64,000 bases of DNA from the NCBI GenBank assembly GCA_038525015.1, contig JBCBID010000016.1, positions 23,389-87,388 of the forward strand, written 5' to 3'. Made by a program: the position numbers and the translations under genes. Under the pieces are notes generated by a model that saw only the letters and a program-made list of their open reading frames with translations, was not told the DNA's origin and did not search any database. This document shows positions 40,401 through 49,206 of the stretch, in pieces. This DNA comes from Pseudomonadota bacterium. GTDB taxonomy: Bacteria > Pseudomonadota > Alphaproteobacteria > Rhodobacterales > Rhodobacteraceae. Positions within the stretch are counted from its first letter, which is position 1, and each line of letters starts with the position of its first letter.

Positions 40401-43400
40401 GAACTCGCCAGACCCGGTTGGTGTCAAGCTGGAACCAGTCGCTTCCTTGGACACGACCGGTACCGTTGCAACGGCGTGGTCATCCTGATCTGTAAAGCTG
40501 CGGGCGCCGGGCGTATCAGGATCGCCATCCGGCACCGTATCGTATTCAATCAATGCAATGTTCGGAAAGCTCTGCGCTTCGGGGGCCGTCGTCGCCAGGA
40601 CCGCGTCGTAGGTGACGGTCAAGGTCTCACCCGGCTGCAGCGATCCGATCAGTGCCGAAAACCCGTCACCGACCAATGTGACCGCAGGCGTGATCGTGGT
40701 GCTATCGATCTCAAAAGACGGTGTGCCCGTCAACGCCAACTCTGGATCGCTCAGCAGATCCTCGAAAAAGACGTCATGCGCAGGGCCCGTTCCGGTGTTC
40801 GTGATTGTCACGACATAGGGCACTACATCGCCGGGATTCGCTGCAATCGGGCCTGATTTGTCGATTGTCAGGTCCGGCTCCACAATCTCGACCACTGCAG
40901 AGGCCGTTGGGTCCGGCTGCAGGGGTGCTCCTGTCGTCGGATCATTGACATCCAGCGACGCATCATTTTCGAGCGTGGCGCCATCTGCATTGGAGGCAAT
41001 GTCGTCAACCTGCGCCACAACCCGAACCACAATCGTCTCATCTACCGCAGCGGCATCATCTGTCGCAGCCAGCTGAACGGTGCCAAAATCAAAACTGACC
41101 GACGATGACGTCAACACGATAGAGCCCGAGGCATCGGTGTCGCCTGCGTTGATATTGTCCGTCGTAATGTTGCCGCCACTGCCAAGGCTGATGACTTCGG
41201 CTGAAATTGCCGTCAAACCTGACGGCAACGCGTCACTCAGAACCAGGTCCGCAGTTCCCTCAGGCACGGTGATCGTCAGTTCATAGGTGACAGTTTCGCC
41301 GATGCCCACATCCGTTCCTGTGGTGTCACTATCACTCGTCGCCACCACCACTTTTGCCAATGTCGCATCCGGCGTGGTCACGACGGCACCGTCTTCGGGA
41401 ACGACATATCCCGCAAGCGTGTCATCGAAAACGCGTCCGTCATCTCCGTCCGTACCGTCGCCGGCGGGGTCCGTATCAAATCTTGTCACTTCGGCGGTAT
41501 TCACCACGTCAGTCGAAAATGTAACCGCGTCAGCCACGACAGCTTCGAACGCAATTTCAATGGTTTGGCCGGGCAGCAAAACCGGGATCGTGGCCTGCAA
41601 CCCACCCGCGCCGGTCGGATAGACCAGCACCGGTGCATCGGTCCCAATGGGTGTGACATCTGCGCCGCCGTCAAGAATGCGGATACTGCCGACCGCAGGC
41701 GTCGGAATAGTCAGCCCCGCATCGCTGAGCGGGTCGTTCAGGACAACATCATAGGCAGGCCCAGACCCAATATTCTGGGACAGGATTGTATACGCCACCG
41801 TATCCCCGGCATCCGCCGTCGTGGGCAAAACTGTTTTGTCGATATCCAGTTCTGGCTCGACCACGTTTGCTGAAGCGTCGTCACTGAACGATTGCGGCGC
41901 GCCCGTATCCGGGTCGATCAAAACAGCACCACTTAGCGGATCAATCAGACTGATCGTTGCCTCGTTCGTCAACGTCACACCATCAGAAACTGTAACAACA
42001 TCAGCCACTTGCGCCGTCACAGTCAGGACAATCGCATCGTTCGCCGCAAGGTTGTCGCCGGGGTTTGTCACGGTCCCGAAGTCAAATTCGAACCCGCCGT
42101 CCGAGCCTACGCTGATAAAGCCGGACGAGATATCGCTGTCGCCCTGTGCAAGATTGTCCGAGGTAATCGACGCATCCATCGTGGTGATCACGGCGCTGAT
42201 CGGCGTTAAGCCCTCTGGCAAGTCGTCAACCACCAGAATGTCCGACGTCCCCTCAGGCAGCGTCAGCTCGATCTCGTATGTCAGTGTCTCTGAGACGCCA
42301 ACATCAGCACCCAACGTGTTCGGATCATCGGTGCCGACAAGCGTTTTTTCGATACCGGGAGGCGGGGTGTCGATCTCAACACTGTCGCTTGGCCCCGTGA
42401 ACACCCGTCCATCATCCGGGTCGGTGGTGTCACCAGCCGGGTCAGTGTCGAACCGCGTGATGGTCGCCTCGTTCGAAAAGGTGCTGTCAAACGCTACGGC
42501 ATCCACCACGACGGTTTCGAACACCACTTCTATAGTTTGTCCGGGCAGCAAAACCGGTACAATCGCTTGTAGCCCACCCGTTCCGGTCGGGAAGGTCACG
42601 CTTGGTGCATCCGCACCCAACGACGGTGTTACGTCTGTTGCGCCATCCAGAATGCGAATACTCGCCACCGGCGGCGTGCCTGCAACAATGCTGGGATCAA
42701 CCACGCCATCGTCCAGCACGATGTCATAGGCCGGGCCATTGCCCGAATTGCTCGAGGTGATGGTGTAAGTCACCGTATCACCCGCATCCGCCTCGCTCAC
42801 ATCGGCAACCTTGTCGATGCCGAGGACCGGTTCGACCACCTCAACTACAGCGGTATCAGATACATCCGTGTTGTCGGTGATAAAGCGCGCCGTGTTGACC
42901 AGCGTGTCACCAGACATGTTGTCGGGCAGATCGTTCAGTTGCGCGACGATCCGAACAACAATCTCGTCATCGCCATTTTGCACAAGATCGTTGACGTTGC
43001 TCAGCGTACCGAACTCAAACACCACGTCATCGCCCACAACGGTGCCCGCCGCTCCCGCCGCAAGAAGCGAACCCGTGATGTTATCCCCAATCGAAATCAC
43101 CTCGCTTGATACCAGCGTCAGCGTACCCGGCGTGGTCGGCAACGTATCAACCAGCGTGGCATTGCTGTTGGTTCCTTCGGGAAGCACAATGGTGATGTCG
43201 TAGGTAACGGTTTCACCGATGGACAGATCACCGCCATCGGTATCTGCGTTCGATGTATCCGTAATGCTCTTGTCGATGGAGGCGGCCGCCGTCGCCACCT
43301 CGGCATCATCGCTGATGCTAAAGTCACGCTCGTCATCCGCGTCGTCAGTGGGCAGACTGTCAAATGTCACATTCGCCGTGTTGTCGATAATAATACCGGA

Positions 43401-46400
43401 CTCGACGCTGGCCAGAACAGTCGCCTCATAGGTGATAGTTAGCGTGTCATTGACGCCCAGTTCATCAGCGGTGATCTCGATATCTGTGTCGCCGGTGCCG
43501 TTGCCATTGACGATGGACACCCCGGTTCCGCCGACCACGTTCACAGACCCGGCAACCAGCACCACATTTGGATCAAGAAGATCAGTCAGTTCCAAGTCAA
43601 AGGCCGGAGCATCACGCGATGCAATCGGGTTGTCGACGACGATCTGATACGACACCGTCTCTCCGGCCTGCACGATGTTTGGGCTTGCGGACTTGTCGAT
43701 GGTCAGTTGCGGCTCGATCAAGTTCACGCCATTGGAAGCAGCAGACGATACGCCGTCAGCCTGAAAACGCCCCGTATTGGCCAGCCGGTCGCCAGCGCCC
43801 TCATCCTGACTGCCCAGCGATCTGGCCGTGACCTCAAAGGTGATGACGTCGTCGGAGACGTCGTTATTCCCGAGATTTACCAGCGTCCCAAGATCGAAAC
43901 TTACGCTGTTGCCGTCCGCAGCGACTGCGCCTGCGCTTCCAAGGGTGATACCGTTAGACGAAGTCAGGACAGATGTATCCCAACCTGTGATCTCAGCAGA
44001 TAGTATCTCGAAATCACCAAATGCGCCCCCAGATCGCACCGTGTCTGACAGCACAGCGTTCTCATAGGTCGCTTCCTGCAGATCAATTTCCACCTCAAAG
44101 GTGAATTCTTCACCGACCAAAACCTCAGAGTTACCCTGAACACCAAACTCGCGATCAACCAATCGCTTGGAAACCTGCACATCCTCTACAGATGCAGACG
44201 CGTCATCAGTCAGATCGGGTGTCGCGCGGTTGATGGCAGTGTTTGAGGGCGTACTCTCAAAGGCGGCAAAATTGGCAACCGTTGCTGTGTTTTCAATAAC
44301 GTCGTTCGAAGTAACGCTCTGCGCTGCCTCAAGATCGTACGTGATCACAACGAGGTTGTCGCCCGCAGTAGGGTCGAAGGCCGACAACGCGCCTTCGCTG
44401 CCGCGATCATCCAGAAGAATACCGCCGGAAAACAGATCGCCCGTAAAGCCGATGACCCGGCTGCCGGTCCCGTCCGTGACCGTCAGGTTCAGCCCGGACG
44501 CAGGTATGACAAAACCGGGCGGTAGCGTATCTTCAATCTGCACATCAAATGCGCCATTCGGGGCTTGTCCGGTGTTCTCGACCACGATGGCAAAACTGAC
44601 AATGTCGCCCGCATCAATGTTCTCAACATTGGCATCGACCGGCGTTGTCCCAAGCGAATCTGAACTGATTGTATCCGAAAACCGCGCTCCGGCGCTGCCT
44701 GGGGCAGAAAACGACACCGGCCCGACAGGATCAGTAAACGACGTAGACGGGTCAACACTGTCTGTCGCGATCACACCTTTCGTGATCTCCAGATCGGGCT
44801 GCGAGAATATGAAATTCGCGATGGCGGTCGTATCAACACTGCTTGAGGTCGAATTGCTTTCAAACGCCGTGGCCTGGTTGGTCAACAAAAGACCGTCTTC
44901 AAACACCGCATCAATAACGGTGGTCGTAAACAGGATTTCAATCTGCACTTCACCGCGCGGATCGCTTGTGAACGTCCCAAAGTCAAAGTCGATCTGGTTG
45001 TCCGCAGGCACATTTGAAAGGGCAGGAATGCCGCCACCCGCATCGATATAGGCCTGAGAGGCCAGCCCGAACTGCGCCTCTCCGGGTGCGGGCGGCCCCG
45101 CGCTCACCACGTTGTTGAAAACCGTCAACTCTGCGGCATCAAACACGTTCTGAGGCAGGTTGTCGGTTATATTCAGCTGTTCGAATGCCCCAAGCGGCGC
45201 GTTGTAAATAATGCTGAATGTAACCTGGTCACCCGCTGCAATCGGCACATCGGGATCAGGGGCCACGCCGTTCAAAAAGGCAACGCTCTTGCTCTCGATA
45301 AAACCAAAAGGCGTCTGAATACCGGCACCGGTCTCATCGCTCTCAGTGCCTAGAACCGTCGTGGGGGTGTCGTTGTCGCGCACCGTCGCGGTGATCTGAG
45401 CATTGTTTTGCAACAGATCGCCCTGATTAAACGCAATGTCCCCCACGTCGCCATCATCGACAAATTCATCCAGAACGCGCGCGAAATAGCTGATCGTCGC
45501 AGTGGTGCTTTGCAAATTGACGGTGCCGTCCGCATCGTCACCAGTCAAAAACGCGTCCTGCCCCGCATCCAGCAACGCTTGCGAGATGTCCCAAACCACC
45601 GTGGTCTCGCCAGTAGCGGTGTCAAAGGATGTGCTTTCGTTCGGCGTTAACACCTCAGATGTCAGCGACCCGCCATTGGACTCCACCGTTGTCAACGTGG
45701 GCGTAAATCCCGGGGCATTCAGGTACTCCCACCCATTGCCCAATATGTCGGTGATCACCAGATCGCCGTAAGTAAAATAGTCGGATACCTGGATGTCCAA
45801 GGTGAACTCGTAGACATCGCCGGGGCTGACCACGCCGGGCAGATCGGTATCTTCGAAAACAGCCACACCCTTTTGAACCGCCAGCGACACGGCCTCGATC
45901 TCGTTGAGCGCGGAATCCGAAACGCTTTGTGTGGCGTCATCCTCATCCAACGGGTCCCACGTTCCCGATCCTTGCACGCCATTTTGAACAGGTGCCGGGT
46001 CGCCGCTTGAGTCATTCAGCGTCGGATCAGTCTCATTCGCAGCAAACTCATCGATGAAATAGTCGAAGGTGACAACCGCCGTCCCTGTGATCGAAGCAAA
46101 GGTGAGATCCAACAGGTCGTTGCCGGGCCCGGCGATCTGTCCCGCTGTTGGCTCGACATTCACGTCAGCTGCGGGCGAAACACTCAGGTTGCCTAGATAA
46201 ACAATCTCCGGTGGCAGATTGTCGACCAGATTAAAGTCGGTCAGTGTCTGACCAGGGGCGACGTCCACCAAAATTTGATAAGTGTAGACATAGCTCGGAC
46301 CCGTCGCTGCTTCGTTTTCCGCCAGCACCCCACCTCCAGACAACGTCTGTTTCTGGATGTCGAAAAGCGTCTGACCCACCGTTGTGGTCCCAAATGCACT

Positions 46401-46940
46401 GACGGTGGACGGATCAGTTTGCGGATTGTTCAACGGGTCGCCACCAAAAGCGAACCCGCCGCGGGTCTGAATAACAAACTCCTCGTCCAAATCTGCTTGA
46501 TCAGAGAAATCAAGCGTCATCACAACATCCACGGGCGGGTTACCCGCCGAGAATGAACCAAAAGGCAGTTCAAACACCAACAGCGTGTCGCCAGGTGTTC
46601 CGGTCACCACCAGCGGATCACCAAAGCTGTCAAGCGCAATCGGATGCAACGCTTCTCCGGCGGCATCAAAGACGATCTCGGTCGTGACGACGCTGCCACC
46701 CAAAAAGGTTGCGCCATCAAAGGTGACACCGTCATCCCCGTCAGGCCCAAGCGTAGGCAGGATCACATCAATGAACGGCACAAAGCCGGTGTCCGTCGGA
46801 TCGACGTTATCAAACGTCAGGGTGAACTCTACGTCCTGCGCGCCAATCTCGACATCCGCAGGCGCGTCAACAGTAACCTGCGCCTCGCCATCCAGAACAA
46901 TCCGATCCTCAAGCAGCTCGAACTTTGGCAACACAGTCAT
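34434..46940 (-). CDS. Giant (4168 aa) acidic surface protein with ~24 isopeptide-forming/DUF11-like Ig domains
   Basis: Uninterrupted ORF; alternating repeats K...IGE.VTY.L...LPE...TD.LP.GL...N.A and EP.L.I.K...GD.V.Y...N.G.GPA.D...N.A; N-terminal LEDRIVLD motif; no Sec signal. Confidence 0.92.
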   Translation of the reverse strand: MTVLPKFELLEDRIVLDGEAQVTVDAPADVEIGAQDVEFTLTFDNVDPTDTGFVPFIDVILPTLGPDGDDGVTFDGATFLGGSVVTTEIVFDAAGEALHPIALDSFGDPLVVTGTPGDTLLVFELPFGSFSAGNPPVDVVMTLDFSDQADLDEEFVIQTRGGFAFGGDPLNNPQTDPSTVSAFGTTTVGQTLFDIQKQTLSGGGVLAENEAATGPSYVYTYQILVDVAPGQTLTDFNLVDNLPPEIVYLGNLSVSPAADVNVEPTAGQIAGPGNDLLDLTFASITGTAVVTFDYFIDEFAANETDPTLNDSSGDPAPVQNGVQGSGTWDPLDEDDATQSVSDSALNEIEAVSLAVQKGVAVFEDTDLPGVVSPGDVYEFTLDIQVSDYFTYGDLVITDILGNGWEYLNAPGFTPTLTTVESNGGSLTSEVLTPNESTSFDTATGETTVVWDISQALLDAGQDAFLTGDDADGTVNLQSTTATISYFARVLDEFVDDGDVGDIAFNQGDLLQNNAQITATVRDNDTPTTVLGTESDETGAGIQTPFGFIESKSVAFLNGVAPDPDVPIAAGDQVTFSIIYNAPLGAFEQLNITDNLPQNVFDAAELTVFNNVVSAGPPAPGEAQFGLASQAYIDAGGGIPALSNVPADNQIDFDFGTFTSDPRGEVQIEILFTTTVIDAVFEDGLLLTNQATAFESNSTSSSVDTTAIANFIFSQPDLEITKGVIATDSVDPSTSFTDPVGPVSFSAPGSAGARFSDTISSDSLGTTPVDANVENIDAGDIVSFAIVVENTGQAPNGAFDVQIEDTLPPGFVIPASGLNLTVTDGTGSRVIGFTGDLFSGGILLDDRGSEGALSAFDPTAGDNLVVITYDLEAAQSVTSNDVIENTATVANFAAFESTPSNTAINRATPDLTDDASASVEDVQVSKRLVDREFGVQGNSEVLVGEEFTFEVEIDLQEATYENAVLSDTVRSGGAFGDFEILSAEITGWDTSVLTSSNGITLGSAGAVAADGNSVSFDLGTLVNLGNNDVSDDVITFEVTARSLGSQDEGAGDRLANTGRFQADGVSSAASNGVNLIEPQLTIDKSASPNIVQAGETVSYQIVVDNPIASRDAPAFDLELTDLLDPNVVLVAGSVNVVGGTGVSIVNGNGTGDTDIEITADELGVNDTLTITYEATVLASVESGIIIDNTANVTFDSLPTDDADDERDFSISDDAEVATAAASIDKSITDTSNADTDGGDLSIGETVTYDITIVLPEGTNSNATLVDTLPTTPGTLTLVSSEVISIGDNITGSLLAAGAAGTVVGDDVVFEFGTLSNVNDLVQNGDDEIVVRIVAQLNDLPDNMSGDTLVNTARFITDNTDVSDTAVVEVVEPVLGIDKVADVSEADAGDTVTYTITSSNSGNGPAYDIVLDDGVVDPSIVAGTPPVASIRILDGATDVTPSLGADAPSVTFPTGTGGLQAIVPVLLPGQTIEVVFETVVVDAVAFDSTFSNEATITRFDTDPAGDTTDPDDGRVFTGPSDSVEIDTPPPGIEKTLVGTDDPNTLGADVGVSETLTYEIELTLPEGTSDILVVDDLPEGLTPISAVITTMDASITSDNLAQGDSDISSGFISVGSDGGFEFDFGTVTNPGDNLAANDAIVLTVTAQVADVVTVSDGVTLTNEATISLIDPLSGAVLIDPDTGAPQSFSDDASANVVEPELDIDKTVLPTTADAGDTVAYTILSQNIGSGPAYDVVLNDPLSDAGLTIPTPAVGSIRILDGGADVTPIGTDAPVLVYPTGAGGLQATIPVLLPGQTIEIAFEAVVADAVTFSTDVVNTAEVTRFDTDPAGDGTDGDDGRVFDDTLAGYVVPEDGAVVTTPDATLAKVVVATSDSDTTGTDVGIGETVTYELTITVPEGTADLVLSDALPSGLTAISAEVISLGSGGNITTDNINAGDTDASGSIVLTSSSVSFDFGTVQLAATDDAAAVDETIVVRVVAQVDDIASNADGATLENDASLDVNDPTTGAPLQPDPTASAVVEIVEPDLTIDKSGPIAANPGDVVPYVVTITNTGTGPAHDVFFEDLLSDPELALTGTPSFEIDSTTITPAVTLVGDGFSALIGSLQPGETLTVTYDAVLATTAPEAQSFPNIALIEYDTVPDGDPDTPGARSFTDQDDHAVATVPVVSKEATGSSLTPTGSGEFDGTDFDLVVGEEVTYTLTLVLPEVSMDSVVLQDTLPDGLAFVSAGFVSQGGQVSGADDVVINNSGAVTTFDFGTVDNTADGALNTDDQVIVELTAVVVDVAAAIDGASLINTSTLDVIAAGGIVLDQASDTAAVDIVEPELAFEKSGSEAADAGDQISYQIEIENTGTGPAFDIFVADTLSDPNISLTSGSVVATLNGTATALTVDETGDGFSFTFGQLLPNDILVVTYDADVAAGFAAGDIIENTATAEFDTVPDGDPSSPDGRTDTVEDDHVVGAGPLLTKTTVDSGNTDTGDGAFTSGVPDLVVGETVTFALTVTLPEISIDGATLVDTLPDGLSFVSASVDSVGVGLVGADAPAISGAGQTVTIEFGAIENPFDGSLGADDEVVVLVTALVEDIATNADGAVLTNSATLTLTPEGQAPLDPVTATTDVEIVEPDLEITKDGSIAVNPGDDVDYTLSITNSGTGPAYDILVEDELDNTFLSFNSGSLIASIDGTDITGSLSLVETATGFEVIIPALQPGETLEIGYSALLDASAPEAQSFPNLASISFDTVPDGDPNSPTGRGDSDDDDFSVATVPFIVKSPIATDFGDTTSDQGDADLFDLTVGETVTYRYEVFLPEIAMDSVVLTDVLGPELELIAVDVVSFGAGISAANTDPIVTSVDPQNFSIDFGAVNNPADGTIGPDDVIVLEVQARVLDVPTAASGQVVDNTVTVNVDPAGPAGPLAPATDTAQVEIVDPNLTLDKAGPLAVNPGETATYTLTLNNTGDGPAYDVLIEDQLADGNLSLVSGSVSLSLDGMPVSITPSETGTGFDVLVPVILPGQTLVVTYDALLSDTAPAAESFGNTATASFDTVPDGDPDSPTGRSDVITDEFEIATIPVLEKLAVDTGEASTGTGQGDGAIFDLSVGETVTYQLTLTLPEIDLSAIEITDTLPPGLSFVSASVDSVGADIALASPAIINNSGATTTISLGASTSLGDGTINTEDQVVIEIVAVVADVAAAADGALLTNTSTLTITPEGEAPLETQTDTADVEVVEPDLSIEKDGEIAADPGDTVTYTIEVVNSGTGPAFDIVVTDVLGDPNLVLNAVTGATINGSDVLGSLTITPNGTGFETLVDALQPGETLLITYDVDLLPGAPNAESFPNTATIEFDTVPDGDPATPGARTGTDEDDHSVATVPFLFKNTAFTSQAATGAEQFDADTFDLSIGEEVTYTLDIFLPEILLDSVVLTDTLPDGLTFVSANLVSTGANLTGADTPTISNVGQDILFDFGSVNNAPNGDIGTDDRITVEVTAVVADDPANTAGVALTNAAELNVDPAGAAAFDPVNASATVEVVEPEIDFEKSGPLAANPGDVVPYTLTFENTGSGPAYDIQVIDTLTDSNLTLVSGSVSVVIDGVTQAVTVDETTGFSLLLPELLPGQEATVSYEAILGISVDPASTTLNTASILFDTVPDGDPETPTGRTLTEMDDHGVATIPALSKTAIDGENPDTGTDAFDPALLDLTIGEQVTYELVLTLPEIDMDSVVLTDALPPGLAFVSASVTSVGTGIVAGAPIISEVGGFVTIDLGSISNPFDGSIGQDDEIRVEVVSVVTDDPAAFAGATLTNTGALTVTPQGEAPLDTQQDTATIEVVEPELSIDKTVNDLDPLVGDTITYTVVVTNAATATAPIYNAVVTDALPFQLSVTGGTVVSDPALATVTSGSAAGETVLTISIPRLLPGESVTITYDVFVGFQTDVLTGVTNVASVTGTSSPDPTNPFNRETTTQDDAFIIAQPIPGDEEEGDFFPTLGIDDAQFLPVLAIDPIYSGTAEPGSNVTIRLFGEQGQLTGIRHVLADAGGHWIAIFPTSSVETVYDDFFSEFKGSEVFDLPVELLDRQPIQESASLGEVRFAEVGTDLNTESYYVSISVDRPSTLPQDNGAFNARTFYASAFNQQAFSVGDTLRVDEVFENVAGLTVQSLYEASLNPLGDSLNRFNYEFLTGATATPGSAY

Positions 46941-46993
46941 TTATCTACCCTATCACATATCACGCTCTTACAGGTCGCCTTGGATCCTCCGAC

Positions 46994-48961
46994 CTAATTA
47001 CTGCGTCCAGCGCGTCGCAACTTATACGTCTTCTCGCCTCGAATTTCTTCCGTCAGGTTCATCGACAGCCCCCAACGGTTCAACAAAAGCCCGCGCGCCC
47101 GGGCCAGATTGGCCGCAGACACCTCGCGCGTCGCGCGCGCCTGTGCTACCGCCTGCTCGGTCGTCTGAAGGTTCTGATAGCTAGACAGCAGCGCCGACAG
47201 GAATTCGATCCCTTGGTCGCCCACACCTTCATTCCAGCGCGCCTGAATAGCATTCGTGTCAGCCTGTGCAGCCTGCAGCGCGCGCCGTTGCGCGATCAGG
47301 TCATTGCAGGCCACGATGTATTCATTCGCTGCAACATCCACTTCCAGCAGGACGGTCGCAATGGTCGACAACACCTGACGCTCCTGCTGAACCGTCTCGA
47401 TCCGCCGGCGATGATAACGCGCATCCCGCTCATCAAAACCTAGGGGAACCGAAAATTTCAAGCCAACAAGCGACCCGGAATTGCCCGACTGATTGTCAAA
47501 CGAGTCACTCAGGCTGCGCCCCGCTGCGCCGCCCTGCGACCGCGCCTCAAGCACCAGGTCAAGCTCAGGCAAACTCTCATTCGCAGCTTGCCCCTCCCGC
47601 AGAAGGGCAGCCTCGTATTGCAAAATGGCCTGTTGCAACTCGGGCCGGTTCAAAAAGATGGCCTCGATTGTGTCTTCGGCCGACAGCAGCGCCAGCGCCC
47701 CATTCGGCGACGATGTCGGCAGCACCTCCACCGCAGCTGGCCCAAGCCGCTTGTCATTCACCAAAGCGGCCAGGCGGAACTCCGCATTTTCCAAAGCGGC
47801 CTTGGCCCGCACGGTGTCAGCGCGCCACTGTGCGGCCAGCGACCGCGCGCGATTTACCAGCACCGGATCCGCGTCAATACCAACGCGGTTGTCGATCTGG
47901 TTGGCGATCTGAGCACCGTGCCCCGCCAGATGCTGACGCTGCACAAACACAGCGCGCGCAACATATAGGTTCCAATAGGCACGTTCGACTTCAAGCAAAT
48001 GCGCCGACGCCTGGCGATGGAACTCCTCTACAGCAATTTGCGTATCCATGTTGGCGATGCGGCGCGGAATGTCGTTGTAGGTGACACCTCCTCCGCGCAA
48101 GAGCGGCTGAACATAGGTCAGCGCGGTCTCGGAGGTGGATTGCTTGCCCGGAATGAACGACGTGTCGTTTGTATCGATTGTGGTAAAGCGCTGCGACAAC
48201 GATATCTCGCCACCCGTCTTCAAGCGGCTCCGCACCCCGAACTCGACATCCGTTTCATCGCGGATCAGCCGCTCAGACCCGCCCGCATCGGCTGGGCTCG
48301 TTGCAAATTCATTTGTGCGCTCAGCGCTTGCATCCGCAAAAATCTCAGGGACAAAGCGTCCCTTGGCTTCTTGAATCGCTGTCCCGCGGATCGCGGGCAA
48401 GTCCCCAAACGCGGCAATTTGATACGAGTTCTGAACGGTTGAATAGACCGTGTCGGGCAAAGAAATCGCGCGGCCACGTTCACCGGGCAAAAGATCACCT
48501 CGATGCGCGCGGCCCACCCACCACTCGCCAGCGGTGGACGGGGCGGTCGAACGCGCCGCACTGCGCACGCGCGTCAGCGATGTCCCAAGGCCACGTTCCT
48601 TGGCCTCGATAAACGCATGCCGTCCAAGAGCGCGCCGAATGTAGATGGCCCGGTCCGCCGTGTTGCGAAACGCTTTATAAGTGATCGTGTCGACGGGCCA
48701 GTTTTCGTTGCTCAGGTCCGCGCTGGACAGGTTGAACTCACCATTGCCCTCCGCTTCAGGGTTTCCGAAGCGATCAACTCGCTGCCGCGACTGCTCGCCC
48801 GATAGCCGTTCGCCTTGCTGATTGGCTTCTATTTCTTCACCCACAGACGGGCTGAAACCGCGCTCGCGCGGAAGATCACTTGCTCCCGGCGTGATAGGTC
48901 CTTCGGCGCAACCAGCCAAAACGAAGCCTAGCGCTACCGCGCCGAGTTTGATCTGTCCCAT
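46994..48961 (-). CDS. TolC-family outer membrane channel, lipoprotein with N-terminal extension
   Basis: MGQIKLGAVALGFVLAGC lipobox after GGGGA RBS; YVQPLLRGGG, LLEVERAYWNL, RPELQQA, ESLPELDL, GLKFSVPLG, two helical/barrel repeats. Confidence 0.88.
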   Translation of the reverse strand: MGQIKLGAVALGFVLAGCAEGPITPGASDLPRERGFSPSVGEEIEANQQGERLSGEQSRQRVDRFGNPEAEGNGEFNLSSADLSNENWPVDTITYKAFRNTADRAIYIRRALGRHAFIEAKERGLGTSLTRVRSAARSTAPSTAGEWWVGRAHRGDLLPGERGRAISLPDTVYSTVQNSYQIAAFGDLPAIRGTAIQEAKGRFVPEIFADASAERTNEFATSPADAGGSERLIRDETDVEFGVRSRLKTGGEISLSQRFTTIDTNDTSFIPGKQSTSETALTYVQPLLRGGGVTYNDIPRRIANMDTQIAVEEFHRQASAHLLEVERAYWNLYVARAVFVQRQHLAGHGAQIANQIDNRVGIDADPVLVNRARSLAAQWRADTVRAKAALENAEFRLAALVNDKRLGPAAVEVLPTSSPNGALALLSAEDTIEAIFLNRPELQQAILQYEAALLREGQAANESLPELDLVLEARSQGGAAGRSLSDSFDNQSGNSGSLVGLKFSVPLGFDERDARYHRRRIETVQQERQVLSTIATVLLEVDVAANEYIVACNDLIAQRRALQAAQADTNAIQARWNEGVGDQGIEFLSALLSSYQNLQTTEQAVAQARATREVSAANLARARGLLLNRWGLSMNLTEEIRGEKTYKLRRAGRSN

Positions 48962-49149
48962 ATGTCCCCCGTCGTGTTCAAACCCACGTTCTTGTTGTCG
49001 AAACTTGCCCGCAAAAACGACTCCAACGCAATCTCTGAAAGTGCAGCCGGCGTAGTTTCGCTTGATATGTGTTTTTGCTGCAAGACGCCGCAAGTATTAA
49101 AGCCAGCGCGACATTCGCACGCCGGGACTTTTTGACGCGTTTTCCCCCT

Positions 49150-49167
49150 TGACGCTGCGCAGCGTCA
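49150..49167. promoter_or_regulatory. Perfect 18-bp palindrome in the tolC/omp85 divergent spacer
   Basis: TGACGCTGCGCAGCGTCA; overlaps TTGACG (49149-49154), about 40 bp upstream of ATG 49207. Confidence 0.45.
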
Positions 49168-49206
49168 TCTGAAATCACCACGATATCTTGCCCGGGGGTA
49201 ACGCGC

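Noticed and set aside
34434-46940. Giant protein as RTX toxin, autotransporter or CRISPR-like array
   Set aside because: No GGxGxD nonapeptides, no C-terminal beta-barrel, and repeats are diverged coding domains without a repeat-spacer structure.
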